From contig JBNGIO010006293.1 in NCBI GenBank assembly GCA_049999805.1, positions 1 to 50,746 of the forward strand: DNA of 50,746 bases. The letters run 5' to 3'. Of the stretch, positions 22,561 through 36,300 are shown piece by piece (positions within the stretch are counted from its first letter, which is position 1; each line of letters starts with the position of its first letter). The stretch is from Folioceros fuciformis. Taxonomy: Eukaryota. Under the pieces are notes generated by a model. It was given only the letters and a program-made list of their open reading frames with translations. It ran no database searches and had not been told where the DNA came from. The position numbers and the translations under genes were made by a program.

Positions 22561-22949
22561 TTATCCAGTTCTCATGTATGTGCTCATGTGTTCACACGGT
22601 GATACCTATTACATGTATTCACATCGTGCACTGACTTGGCCCGAATAAAGAGAGATAGATACATAATAGGTCCCACTACATCAAGGCAACCAGGCATTAA
22701 ACCTTGACAAAAGGAGACTTTTCCTTACCGCTATGTTTCCATCTTGCATTGGTACAAATGGGTGTCAGACGGCTTGTACCAGGTGCTCGTCATCCACAAA
22801 GATACAAGCCATCCACGTATACATGTTTGTACCACCCAGCTTTTCCCCTAGCTCACTTAACCTGGCCCACCCAACTTATTTACTCTAGCCCACCTATAAT
22901 TATGCTATATGATTATTCTAAGAAACTAACTACACTTATTTAATAGGGA

Positions 22950-23950
22950 CCACATTATTTTGAGCAAGCCACTCCCTACATAATAAGTTTCCAAAGAGTT
23001 CCATGATGACTACATTAAGTTTCCTTCTGAGGCAACTATGCAAAGGTACGCATAAGAGTTTCAAGATATTTGTGCCATTCCATATATAGTTGGTCCCGTT
23101 GATGGTTCTTACATACCCATACTTGGCCCAAAACGCAATGCTACTAATTATTATATTCGAAGAGGCTATTAGTTATGCTTGCTTCAACTATTAGTCAATG
23201 CTAAAGGATATTCGAAGAGGCTATTAGTTATGCTTGCTTCAACTATTAGTCAATGCTAAAGGATTCATTTAGGATTATGATTATGGTTGGTGTGGATGTT
23301 ATAATGACTTGCAATATTTTCAAACGGTCACATATAGAAAAGATGTGTGAGCAAGGTGCTTCAAGAGAATACACCTTACTTGGAGATGTTTGGTGCTGGG
23401 CACGGCTACACATGTTCACTCCCTTTTCCGGGAGCAAAGATGGGTTTTCTATAAAGCAAGCAAATTGGAATTTTGTATAATCTAGCAGCAAGTTGTGTGT
23501 CGAAGGAGCCTTTGAAATGTTGATGTGCATATTTTGGATTCTACTACAAAGATGCAACATAGCTTTCAAGAACATGCCTTTCGTTGTGTCTACCTATCTT
23601 GTGCTACATAACATATGTCTGGTACATACACTCTAATTCCGAGAAGAGTGGGACTTGCAAGTCGAAGATGCTGTGAATGATAATGTTGGCATGGAGGACC
23701 TTGAACAAAGTCTTTCTAAACAAAATGTAACATGGGAGGCAAGCAGAGTTGCTAGTCAAGCTTTACTTTAAGTTGTCCTAGCAAGTTCGAGTAGAAGTGA
23801 ACATACTAAACAAACATGGAGTACCATGCATGACAATGATGAGTTAGAAGATAGAACAAAGCTAGGAATGCAAGGCTGAAAGGAAAGACATACTAGAGTT
23901 TTGGCTCTCAGTTCTACTCTGCATGAGGCACATTGGAAACGGAAGATGAT
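22950..23950 (+). mobile_element. PIF/Harbinger DDE transposase relic (element 2)
   Basis: Motifs IPYIVGPVDGSYIPI..P..YYIRRGY, LLVNAKG, YTLLGD..MFTPF, NWNFV*SS.KLCVEGAFEML..FWIL and LVLHNIC, with stops. Confidence 0.8.
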
Positions 23951-24002
23951 ATATGCATTTCCACAAGATTCTCATTCACTAAAGTCCTCAGACTCCTGAA
24001 AC

Positions 24003-25240
24003 TCAATTTCCATTACCTTTTAATGATGCCCAGTGGCTTTCCAAAACAATTGTAATAGATGACATGGTCTGTGCTATGTTTTCCATGAAAGACAATGTTT
24101 TCTTCTCAATCTCCTTCAATGTCTTCAGAATTTTGGCCCCTTGATTGTTCATATCTTGAATGAGCTCGTTTGCCTTCCCGCCTCTATGTGCGCGTTTCCT
24201 TGCAACACTTGATGCTTCAACATCATGGTCCACCACTATAATATTATCACTATCCTCGTTACTAGATCTAGAACCCATAAGATCCTCACCACTAGAATGA
24301 GCATGGGTGTCACATTCTACATGGGGCCTATCATGCATGTACATATCAACTATATCAAAAAATTGATACATATCTTGAGTTACAGCCCCAAATACATTTC
24401 GCACCAAATCAGTCTCGTAGTCATTGTATGTGTGCTTCCACTTCTAGCAACATGCTTCAGCATCCTTGTCGAAGTTGGAGCAAGCTCCTACTAGCTTTAT
24501 CAAGCCTCTGCCATTTGTTTACCCCTGTGGAATAAGACACATGAAATATTAGTTAAATATTCCTTGAAAGCCTATACACTCCCACATTTGTCTACATTCG
24601 AAAGATTTTGCATGAAGCGTTTTCACACACCCTTTTTACACATAGCTCTGCCAAATGTAGGCAAGCATTAACGCTTGAGAGCATCATGATGCCCCACACT
24701 CAAAAGCCTACAGTCCGTTGAAGTGAAAGCTTCTCACCTTACTTTGGTTGTCTCAGTTGAAGTGAAAGCTTCTCACCTTACTTTGGTTGTCTCAAAAACT
24801 GATGATGCATAACACCCCGTATGTGGATGAAATTTATGGTCTAGTACACCTTCCAATTGTGTCTTCTTTCGATGTCACACTTTCCTCTTAACTTCGTCTT
24901 TTCCTTCTCACTTGTGAAGCACTTGGCTGTGAGTTGCTATTCTAGAGCTCCGATTGTGTTGGACCGGCTGGTTGAGAACCATATGCAGATGATTTCCTCC
25001 ATGGTTGCCCAAGGTAAGCATGAATGGCGCTTGCCCCAAAGCCTGCAATGTTGGAAAGCTTGGATGATAAGCGTTTGGGTTACGCAATCCTTGATGAGGG
25101 GGCTATTGAAATCCCTATGCCAGTATTAGAATAGACCCGTGGCCAGTGGGGTTAGCCGAGTGCGAATGACCGAAGAGGTCATGGAGTGATGTTGATTCCG
25201 AAGAGCTCCATCAGCACGAATGTATGCCATCCAAATGGGC
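24003..25240 (-). mobile_element. Myb/trihelix-like ORF relic of Harbinger element 2, convergent with the transposase
   Basis: Fragments HNWKVY*TINFIHIR, C*KWKHTYNDY and YQFFDIVDMYMHDRPHV are followed by a coiled-coil tail (ORF 24003-24407). Confidence 0.6.
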
Positions 25241-25671
25241 TTGTTCTTAGCCAGCTTGTAGGCCGCACTATATACTCTCACGAGGTGAATTAACAAAATA
25301 ATAAAATAATAATAATTGAGACCTGAAAATCACTAAATCGATAGAGGAAGCCCTAAGCCCTAAGCCCCATTATCCACATGGCTTCTTTCGAACATGCGCC
25401 AACCTAGCACATCTGGGTGCCACTTGTAAGGGTCATGCCGGATGAACATGGTGGACCAATCTTTTGGCTGGTACAAAGCTAGAGGAACCGCGGCTTAGGA
25501 ATGACGAACCCGTTTAGGGTATGATCCGTTAAGACGAGCAGCAGTAGAATATGTGTAGTACATACATACGTCTACAGCATACGCCCTAGATGGATTCAAA
25601 TGAATGCCGCATTCACGAGAAGTGAGGCATCCCTTCGCTCCAGGAACTCGAAAGGGAAGCGCATCGACGAC

Positions 25672-27156
25672 ATGTGTGTCTCCTTCTGGGCTCAGGACTG
25701 CCACCCTCTGTACTCGCTGCTGCTCATCTCCAACCGCGACGAGTTCCTGTGCAGGTGAATCCACATCTTTCTCGTGTCTAGGCCTTGGAATCGAATTTGG
25801 AATTCGCGAATCCTGGAATTGTCGCAGACCGACGCTACCGGCACACTGGTGGGAGGAGGAGGAGGGTGAGAGCGCGGGCGGGCGGATACTGGGGGGAAAG
25901 GATTTGCAGGCGGGGGGGACATGGCTCGCCTGCACCACTACGGGACGCCTCGCCCTGCTCACCAACTTCCGGGCTCCCGGTGCCCAGACGGAGGCCCAGA
26001 GCCGGGGGGAGCTCCCCTATCGCTTCCTCCGCAGCTCCAAGAGCCCGCAAGAGTACGCGGAAGAGGTAGCAGCGGACGCCCGACGGTACAATGGCTTCAA
26101 CCTACTGGTTGCCGACCTGCGTACCGGGCAGATGGTGTACTGCACCAACCGCTCCAGGGATGAACCTGCCGGCTTCGCAGTGCACGTACAGCAGGTGGCC
26201 GCGGGAATGCACGCCATGAGCAACGGCTTCCTGGACTCGCCCTGGCCAAAGGTGCTATAGCGCAAGATTCTCCTTCCTGCGGCTGGCATGTCCACGGAGC
26301 TTACAGATCCGGCCTTGTTCAGTGCAGGTAGAGCTAGGGCTCCAAAGGCTTCGAGCTCTGCTTGCGGATGCACGGGGTGAGGAGGTGCCTGCTCCAAAAC
26401 TGGTGCAGGACGTGCTCATGGACACGCAGAGGGCCGACCGCACCCGGCTTCCCCTCACCGGGTATGGAACGGACGTGGAGTTGGAGATGAGCTCCATTTT
26501 CGTGGAGCGTGTCACACCCCAGGTCACCGCAGCTCCCTACCTTTTTTGTTGTTGCCATGCTTGAGTGATGGCTTGTGTGCGTTGCAACACCTCCCTCCCC
26601 ATTAGAAGATGTTGTTGCTATGGCTGGATGATGTGTTGTTTTAGCTCCCGAGCAAGACATTGTGGTTGCCATTTAACGTTCTCATCTGAAGTTGGGTATC
26701 CCAACACCTGCTCCTTATCAATTGTTAAGTGCCGTGCCTGAACAATCTCATGCTTAGGTCACAGCATCTCCAAACAAGACGTTTCTGGCATGCCGCACTG
26801 ATGAAACTCTTGAATTTGGGGTTTCAGCATTGCGCTGCCAGATGCTGTTGCCATGCTGGAATAATTGAAGTCATGTGTAGGTGTCAGCAGCTCGCTGCCA
26901 GATGTTGTTGCCATGCCTGAATTGCTTGGATGGTGTTAGGTTTAGGTCACGACAGCTCCCATCAAAGTTGCCCATGCTATTGTTGCCCTGCCCTGTTGCG
27001 TGTCTGGCTCAGGGCAGCTTTGGTACGAGGAACATGGCAGTTCTGGCAGTTCGGAAGAATGGCGACGTCACCTTCTACGAAAGGTACTTGGAAGCTGCTG
27101 GGGACTGGAAGGAGCATGCTTTCCGATTTGACATACAGGTGCCCACCGTGCTTTGA
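25672..27156 (+). CDS. TANGO2: Transport and Golgi organization 2 homolog (NRDE family), 4 exons, ~281 aa
   Basis: MCVSFW..HPLYSLLLISNRDEF, GGKDLQAGGTWL, GRLALLTNFR, SRGELP, YNGFNLL, SNGFLDSPWPK, SSIFV and FGTR motifs. Exons 25672-25754, 25828-26251, 26328-26522, 27013-27156 join in frame (846 nt). Confidence 0.95.
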
Positions 27157-27722
27157 TCCCAACACCTCTGTGTCCGGGAACGGGAGTTCTCGACAACAGG
27201 TCCCAGTTGGTGCTTGGATCGAGGACTCCACTCCCAGCTAATCCAGTGGTGCAATGGGCCATTTCATGTCTGCTCATCGAAACTCGGAAATTTCCATGAG
27301 CCAATGAGACCGTAGAATTCTAGGTTTTGCCTAATCTCCATTTGCCACATCCAAGGAAAGCACTGCTTGCGCATTCTTGAATCATGTCGCCTTCGTCCAC
27401 CACATATTGCCCTGTTTGTTTGTAGATACACACCCTCTTGGGCCTTGGCCTTCCATGGAAGTAAGAGCTCCAGTGCTTCCTGGGAAAGGAAATTAACAAA
27501 CTCCTACTTTTTCTCTCGTGCTCGGTCGGCCCTCTTATCGTTTCGCTTCTTTGTTCTTCTCATGACCGGACCTCATGTACTGCATCAGATAAAATAAGGT
27601 ACAATGATTGAACATTGAAAAGACAATAATTATATAGTATTCACAGGAAGTTTAATGTATTTACTTTTTGAATGCGCATAATATTTTTTTCTTTATGAGA
27701 AAAATAGCGTAAATATATATGT

Positions 27723-27829
27723 AAATTTGTATGTCATCTCACTTTCATGTTATATGTGTGATCATTCTAAAAAGTGACTTTTTAGAATGATCACACATAT
27801 AACACAAAAGTGAGATGACATACAAATTT
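27723..27829. repeat. Near-perfect 107-bp palindrome (53-bp arms, 1-nt spacer, 2 mismatches)
   Basis: 27723-27775 is the reverse complement of 27777-27829 except for one 2-nt mismatch. Confidence 0.95.
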
Positions 27830-28204
27830 TTTCAACCTAATAATCCTATTACTAGTCATTATTATTTGACAATAATAAGAATATGAAAATAATTCTCTTT
27901 CCTCTGTCTCTCCTCCCTCGAGGCCCTTAGGTTACAAAGGCATATTTACATTAGGTGTAGGTAAACCTAATGTAATGTCCATCTCCATTTGTTGTCTTAT
28001 TTCAAGTAAGGAGTCTATGTTCAAATTGAATGAAGTGCTATCACGCTTCCAACTAGTCCCAACCATCAAGAAAGAAAGAGTTTTAGTTTGAAGGAAAATG
28101 AGCCCCAATTACACAATCTGGGAGTTGTTGCATAAGTCTTTCCTTAGGAAGGAATGACAAATAGCTAGCGGTAAGTGCTTCCAAGCAAGCTAATCAACCC
28201 TAAT

Positions 28205-28460
28205 TAGAGACACACATGAACCCATATAATACTTGCTTAGAGACACACATGAACCCATATGATACTTGCTTAGAGGCACACATGAACCCATATGATATTT
28301 GCTTAGAGAGACACAAGAACCCATATGATACTTGCTCAGAGACACACATAAACCCATATAATACTTGCTTAGAGACACACATGAACCCATATGATACTTG
28401 CTTAGAGACACATATGAACCCATGTAATACTTGCTTAGAGACACACATGAACCCATATAC
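28205..28460. repeat. 33-bp minisatellite, ~7.7 copies
   Basis: Unit TTAGAGACACACATGAACCCATATGATACTTGC; produces 11-aa periodic ORFs in three frames. Confidence 0.95.
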
Positions 28461-29169
28461 TAAGCCAATTAGTCACAATCCATTAGTGGAAACATAATCA
28501 TACATGTAGAGCTTCCATTTTCATGCAATGAGTGTCTTCTTTTGCAAACTTATTCAACATGCTTGTCATTGCTCCATAACAGATAGTTAGCCAACAACAA
28601 ATATGCAATGCCTAATGAGATTCTGAATTCTGAATTAGTGTAAGACAATGTGTATGTATACATTTCTACAACAACTAGACACCATGGCCAACATCAACAT
28701 TAGTAGCAACAAACATTAGTAGAAGCATCATTAACAACAAGCCTTAGCACCCAGCTAGCCAACCATCCATCATCAATATTAGTTACAACCATTTCTTTAA
28801 ACCTACCCCCCTCAAAATTTGCCTTAACCTTCCTTCTCTAATCATCAATGGAGTCAAAAGTAAGCACAAGGAGAACAACAAATCACCAAACCCAACCTAC
28901 ATATATGTCTACATCCATGTCTGGGCTAGATTGAAAGGGAGTGCATCATCTAAGGAGCGAATTCACATTAGGCTTAGATTCGTTAGGTTCAAATTATAGG
29001 AATTCGAGGACAATGAAAGGACGTTGATGAGCAACAATTATGTCGCCCATCTCCTTCAAGTTTAGATACTTAGGATTTTAGTCATTGTTTACTACATCAG
29101 CTTGTTGCATTTGAGGTCCTTCCTTCAAAGCTTGCTTTGCTTTGAGATATTGCTTACATGTCTTACGCT

Positions 29170-29586
29170 CTTGTGGAATGACTAGTCCGTTTTGTTGGGT
29201 CCTTGGGCATGGTTACCCATGTCTTGTGCCCTTGTGGAATGACTAGTCCGTTTTGTTGGGTCCTTGGGCATGGTTACCCATAACTTGTGCCCTTGTGGAA
29301 TGACTTAGTCCGTTTTGTTGGGTCCTCAGGCATGGTTACCTATGTCTTGTGCCCTTGTGGAATGACTAGTCCGTTTTGTTGGGTCCTTGGGCATGGTTAC
29401 CCATGACTTGTGCCCTTGTGGAATGACTAGTCCGTTTTGTTGGGTCCTTGGGCATGGTTACCCATAACTTGTGCCCTTGTGGAATGACTTAGTCCGTTTT
29501 GTTGGGTCCTCAGGCATGGTTACCTATGTCTTGTGCCCTTGTGGAATGACTAGTCCGTTTTGTTGGGTCCTTAGGCATGGTTACCT
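29170..29586. repeat. 61/62-bp minisatellite, ~7 copies
   Basis: Unit CTTGTGGAATGACTAGTCCGTTTTGTTGGGTCCTTGGGCATGGTTACCCATGTCTTGTGCC. Confidence 0.95.
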
Positions 29587-30308
29587 TTATGTTAAGATTA
29601 GGTTATCTCCTCTCTTGCAATCTGATTGTTTTTGGGGGGTGTTTAGAGGTTTTGTTTTTTTTTGAAAACAAGACTTGTTTCTTGAGGTTTATCGACACCT
29701 ACCTACGACAGGTGGTGTTCGTAGAGGGAAAAACCTAGAGAAAAAAGAAAAAGTAAAAGAAAAAAAAGACCGTGGATGAGAGTAGCTCAAAAGGTTGTGC
29801 TAATCTCGTTCATACATAGGTATGTACAGATTTCGAGTTGACGATGTTATAAATTACGAGTAAATGGCAAGGCGTCTGAGATGAACCCGCTCGTCCTGGC
29901 CTGGCCTTGCTGTGGCGTTCCCTTTTCCCCTCAGCTTTAGAACATTTGGCACACACGCAACAAGAGGAGCAGCAGCAGCAGAGGCGCAGCAAGCGGATTG
30001 TCGCCGCGCTCTCCGGTCACCTAGCGTCTCGTCATTCCGGCGCGGCGCTGTCGGCCGGCCCGAGCTCCATCGCCGTCAGCAGCCAGATGCCTCCCCGCAT
30101 GCGCCTGCGGCGATGGTAGCGGCTGCAACAGTTCCGGGCCGCTAGATCGCTGCCTGCGGGAATCGTAGGCTTGCTTATGTGTAAATTTCCGGGTGTAGCG
30201 GGAGGTGCCGCTGAGGCTCAGGCCGCAGGAGCAGAAGTAGGAACCGAAGTAGGAGCGGGCGCTGCAGCGGCGGCGGCAGAGGACGGGGAGGAAGGAGAGG
30301 GCGTGGCC

Positions 30309-33300
30309 ATGGTTTCCACCAGAAGAGCGGCTGCAAAACGACCTGCGGATGAGGCGTCTTCGCCCCCGGCCGCAGGCGAGGCTGCCTCTAAGCGCCAGAA
30401 GGTGCTGCTCCTGCTGTTTGCTCATTGCTGCTTTCGTGGATGCTTAGATTTGCTTCCGCCGTCTGCTTCTTGTGCCGTGCTTGGATGTCTGAATTGCGGG
30501 AATTGCGCTTCTCCGCCCCGTGTGCGCAGGGAAAGGAAGGCGGAACGTCCACACCTCCGCACTCCCAGCTGGCCGCTCCTGCTGCGACTGAAGGTGACAA
30601 ACAGCAGCCGCCGGTGCCGGCCGGGGATCTGGACCCCTGCATCAAGCCATCTGCGCAAGGTGACAGGACCGATGGCGCGCCTGTGGAAGTGGCAGAGCAG
30701 ACTGAATCGGCCATCGCTCCCGCAGGTTTGCTCTTAAGAGTCTTTGCCTTGCCTCGTGCTCCCCGCTTGCCTTTGCCTTGTGCAGTCGAGTTTCCAAGCT
30801 GTTCGCTACTGGCCTGTACTGGGAGTGTCTTACCTCCTGCTCACTGTCTTCCTTCTCGTCAATGCAGAACACCAGGACACTGTGAGGTCGCTACTCTTGC
30901 GCCAGAAGGCTGTCGCACCTTTACCTAATCCTTGGGGCAAGCTCCTGTCGCAATTCTCTCAGGTACGTGATCTGGAACAATATGCAATCAACGTCTCGTA
31001 GGAGTTGCCATCATCAGGGGGGCTCACCTCCTGATAGCACCGATACAAGTCGGTCGGTTGAGTCTGTTGGCTTGCTGTTGTTCCCGCCATTGTGCAGGAT
31101 GATTGTCGCTTGCATATTTTCACGTCCTAGCCTGTGATAGATAAGCACCTGGTATAGATAAGCATCCAAGACTTGTGAAGTTGGAGCCTTAGATTGATTC
31201 AGACTTTAAGACTGCATTGCATGCCTTTTGGAACAGTCTCTGTCCCAAGGGTTTGGAAGTGCTTGTTGACGTATTTAGTTTTCCCTCGTTTGTTTTCTTC
31301 TGTAGCACAAGCATGTTGAACTTTCTGGCTCTACCTTCACGATTGGAAGGAGCAGAAGCTGCAATCTCCAACTAAGAGACCACACAATCAGTGGCGTGCT
31401 ATGTCGATTGACGTACTCTCAGGTTGTTGTTCTTCTTTAGGATGAATTGAAAGCCCCCTGCTGTACGCTGAGCTGGCCTCAATTTAGGACATCGATGTTG
31501 CTTTGGTGCATCTAATGCGGATACATTGGTGTACCATGTTCTGGATTTCTTGTCATGTGTCCCAGGTTGATGGTGCACCTGCTGTCACCATCGACATACT
31601 TGGAGGTAATGGTGGGGTTGTAATCAATGGGAAGACTGTGAAGAAGAGTTCCACTCTCACCCTGAAAGGAGGGGATGAGATTGTTTTCACATCCAAGAAC
31701 CAATATTCTTTCGTATCCTCTTTCTTGTCCCCTTTCGTGCTTACCATCTAGATTGCGATTCTATCCGTTATAGGATGTTAAGCTTACATCATTATGGCTC
31801 AGATATTTCAGCAGTGTGCAACAACTGGAGGAGAGTTAGCTTCTAGTTCAGGTCACATGGTAGGCCAAGCAGCCTTTTCGGATGATATGGTTGACATGGA
31901 AACCGCTGAAGCAGGGGAGGCTGGGTCTGCACCGCAGTCTGACATGGAAGTTATGGTGGACAGTCCTTCAAACGCGGTGCAGCAATCGTTTGATTCAGAC
32001 ATGCCAGCAGCTGTCGCTGAGGAGGAGATAGGGAGGCTTGCGCTTGATTCTTCAGTTTTACCCCGCCAGCTGGAAGCTCTGGAAGCAGCCATAACCCCAG
32101 ACGAAGCTGCTGCCAGTTTGCAAACAATGAGAAAGAGCCTGAGGCAGCCAAGCTCGTTGGAGACAGGGCCCGTGGCTGGGAAGGTTCAACCAAGCTCCTT
32201 AGTGGAAGCGGGAGCAGAGCCTCTGAATAGGGATGATGTAGACATGGGAAATTCTGTCAAAGGTAGAGTCCAAGATGCAGGAAGTTTGCCTATGGAGGAG
32301 ACAGCAGTTCCTGGAGGCTCAGCTATTGGTGAAGTAAGGTCAGCCGAAGGCATACATCCCATCACTTCTAAAGAAAAGAAAGATGTGGAGAAGGATTTCG
32401 ATGCAGCAGCTGCAGCTGCAATCTTGCTGAAGAAACAGGCATTAAAGGAGGAGTTCACCAATGGCATAGTGAGTGGAGCTGAAGTGACGGTGACGTTCAA
32501 GGATTTTCCCTACTACTTGAGGTGAAGTATTCCGTCAACTTAAAGTGATGGTTTTTCTCTTTCGATTTGACCTCAATGTTTTATGCTGGGCCACAAAATT
32601 CTGATACCATGGGCTGCTGTTGGTATTTTGGCAGTGAACACACTAAACGATTGTTGGTTACCTCAACTTTTGTGCACCTGAAGCGTGCAGATTTTGCCAA
32701 GTACACTTCAGAGTTATCTGCTATCAGCCCCCGCGTTCTGCTTTCTGGCCCTGCAGGTTGTTGAGCATGGTAACTTTGTTTGCATGGTATTCCATAACCT
32801 GTACGGTGTGGGCCTGGATGGTCTTAACGTGTTTGTATGAATTGATGTGTAGGATCGGAGATATACCAGGAGACTCTTGTAAAGGCACTTGCAAATCACT
32901 ATGGTGCGAAGTTGTTGATCTTTGACAGCAGTTCCATGTCAATGGAGGTCAGTTCCAGATTCATCTCAGTGCTAGGGTCGGGAGTCCGCCTTGGTTAATG
33001 CTGCGCCAGCTAGTTGCAAGGGGTTAGATGTCAGTGCTAAGGATCAACTACGTCTGTTCCAGAAGGAGCTCTCCACGAACAAGGCAGACTTTCCTTCCCT
33101 TCACGCCGAGAAAAGGAATGAGAATGTTGAGGATCAGGTTAGGTTGACAAAGGGAAAAAAACGGATGCTATGTAGCTGTCGGAACAAAGTGAGTGATACC
33201 TTCGATAGACGTAGTAGGCGATGTAGCTGATTATTAACCAACTGCCGGTGCAGTGAAAATACGGCTGAGATGAAGTCCAACGTTTAGCTTTTAAGTGTGT

Positions 33301-36300
33301 GGAACACTGACTTGATTATGTGGTCTGGGTTGTGGTATCCAGGATTGGTTGCCAGTAAGAGACGTAGAATCACAGGGGGAGAGCTGTGATGTTGAATCTC
33401 AGAATCCTGTTCTAAAGCCGCATGCTGGCGAGGTAAGGGAAATCAAAGCCAAAGATGTTGGGACTGTGGCATCCGGAACTATTACTGGGGCGACGTGGTC
33501 AAGAGCACTTGTGCCTGCTTCAACAGACGTGGGTTTGCAACATCAGTCTGCAGCAGCGGGTGCCTCACAGACTGCAGCCAAGCGAATATTGAAGACAGGT
33601 CTCTTTGTTTAAATGCCTCTAGTGATTGCCTGCTTTCTATACGTGAATGTAGGGTGATAACTGCATCATGCAATTGACTGACGAAGCTCTTCCTGCAGGG
33701 GATCGTGTGAAATTCATTGGCACAACAACTGGTGTGGGTGCCCTCGCTTCTTCCATTCATGGCTACTTCTGCAGGTGGGTTATTCCGATGAATTTCAATG
33801 TTCTCTAGAAATTGTCTCCTTTTCCACTGGTCTTAGTGAAAACGTTCTGTGAAGGGTTTGCTCAAGGTTTCCTGTCAGGTCAGCAGTGCGGCTGATTAGT
33901 CTTGGTCAGAATAGTTTCATAGGCTGTCTGTATGCATTCAAGGGTGACACGACCGTTTTGGGGATGTTTTGTTTTGGCATGAAGTAGATGGCGGAGCCGA
34001 GGAAGCTTGTCATACTAGTTGTTTCTGCTGCCTGGAGGAACAACTAATATGTGAGCTTGCTCATCGCATGTCAAGTGAAAGGTTTGGTTGGCCATCATGT
34101 GCCAGCGGGTTTTGTGACCTGCATTCATCTTGAAATAACATATTGTGTGCAAATTGCAGCCTCCATGGTGTTGATGTCCCAAAGAAGTTAGAGCCACCTA
34201 CTCTAAGGTTTGTTCAATGCTCAATGTCTTGCTTGTTGACAACCATTGTCCCTCAGATTTCCAGTGCTCTGACAGTAGGTATGGACTCTGTTGCAGAGGC
34301 CCTTTCGTTGGTTCCCGAGGCAAGGTGGTCATGGTGTTTGACGAGAATCCCCGGAAGGTTGGGGTGAGATTTGACAAGCCAATCCCAGGTGGCAACAACC
34401 TTGGTAATGTATGTGAGGATACCCACGGTTTCTTCTGCAATGGTAGGTCTCTCATTTGATTGATTCCATCCCCCGGATCTTTGATAATGGAAGCTGATTT
34501 TTTTCGTTGTCTTTCCTATGTGACAACATTTTTCTTTTTCTCCATGTAAACAGTCAATGATCTGAGGTTGGAAGGAGCTTGTGGTGAAGACATGGATAAA
34601 TTGGTCTTGGACTGTCTTTTTGAGGTTTGTGAAAATCCCACTCCCGTCTGGCTATGCTCGATTTGCAGTGGATGCCAATGGTTAGTTGCTGTGTGGGCAG
34701 GTCTTGATGCTAGAAGGGAAGAAAGGACCTTTGATTCTGTTTATCAAGGATGTGGAGAAGTCCATCCTTGGAAATTTTGAACGTTACACTGCTATTAAGA
34801 AGAAGCTAGAGAAGCTGGAGGGTAATGTCGTGGTAATAGGGTCACATACAAGCTCTGATAACCGGAAGGAGAAGGTATTTCGTCTGAACTTGTCAGAGTC
34901 TCTGTATGGTCAGCAATGCTGGTCTCTTCAGTCATTGGCTCTTTTTCTGTGTACGTGCTTGCAGACTCACCCTAGTGGCCTTGTATTACCGAAATTTGGG
35001 AGCAACCATACAGCACTGCTTGACTTGTCTTTCTTGGTAAGACACACCAAGGGGGTGAGAGGATTGAAAGGAATGAGGAAGGTTGGAGAAGGGACATTAT
35101 AGGGTGTTGATAGCTAGTGCCGTTCCGTTTGAATTACCTGAGCTGAGCTGCACTGCACACATCTCTTGGGTGTGTGTAGGATAATTTTTCAAGATTAGAT
35201 GAGCGTAGCAAGGAGGCACCGAAGGTTTCTAAGATGTTGTCAAAGCTGTTCCCCAGTAAAGTTGTTGTTCAACTGCCCCAGGTAGGTTGTGTTTGATGAC
35301 TTCATCCTCGTCAAGATTGTACGTTCCCTGAATGAGATCAATTTACCTGCAGAAGGCGATCATTGTGTAGTCATATTCCCTTTTGTGGCACTGAGTATTA
35401 TCGTTTTTTTTTTCCAGGATGAGACCCTACTGGCTGAATGGAAACGGCAGTTGGAGCGGGATGTGGAGAGTCTTAAATCCAAAGCTAATAGGCTCCTTAT
35501 ACAGACGGTGGGGAATATTGAGGATCTGGAATTAAAAAAAAGTGATGTTGAATTCCGGTTCCAAGGAATAATGGTGGCTGTTAAATGCATGCAGGTGTTG
35601 ACCCGCAACAACCTGGAATGTGAAGGCCTTGCATCAGTTTCAATCAAGGATCAAGCCTTGACCACTGAAAGTAAGAACAGCTGCTGTGCAGCTACAAATG
35701 GTTGTTATTCTTCGTAGTGACGCTCCACTGTTTTGCTTAGGCTTCTGGTTTGAGTGCAAGGGGTTTTCCCTGTAGTCTTTAGCTAACCCGGGGACAACTA
35801 TTGCAGTGGCTGAGAGAGTTGTTGGGTGGGCAACCAGTCATTACCTCATGGATTGCGCTGAACCTACTGTTAGAAACAACAAGCTAGTATTCTCGTCAGA
35901 CAGGTAAGCATATCTGGATATTGTGCTTGGATGGAGTTCTGAACCGTTATGTGTCTCCAACATTTATCTTCCACGTGTGCAGTCTTTCATCCGGCCTGAG
36001 CATGTTGCAAGCTTCACAAAGTGAAGCGTGCCCATTGAGGAAAACGCTCAAGGTTGTCCCTTGACTTTCTTTGATACGTGTTTCCCAAGATGTTGCTCCT
36101 TGTAGTTGCCAGAAAATACTCATGTGTGTTCTATTTGGTTCAGGATGTAATGACTGAGAACGAGTTTGAGAAGCGATTGCTCTCAGAAGTCATTCCCCCA
36201 AATGAGATTGGCATTACCTTCGATGATATTGGAGCTTTGGAGTCCGTGAAGGACACTCTTAAGGAGCTAGTTATGCTACCTCTACAGCGTCCAGAGCTGT

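Noticed and set aside
28190-28497. Periodic ORFs (MGSCVSLSKYH / MNPYDTCLETH) or a CRISPR-like array
   Set aside because: The 33-bp units are contiguous with no unique spacers and no cas genes. The ORFs arise in several frames simply because the unit length is a multiple of 3.
29170-29586. 61-bp period resembling a CRISPR repeat plus spacer
   Set aside because: The entire unit is repeated with no variable spacer, and the context is eukaryotic.
29695-29725. Small hairpin followed by CGTAG as a Helitron 3' end
   Set aside because: The stem is imperfect, there is no CTRR terminus at the expected spacing, and no 5' TC end was identified.
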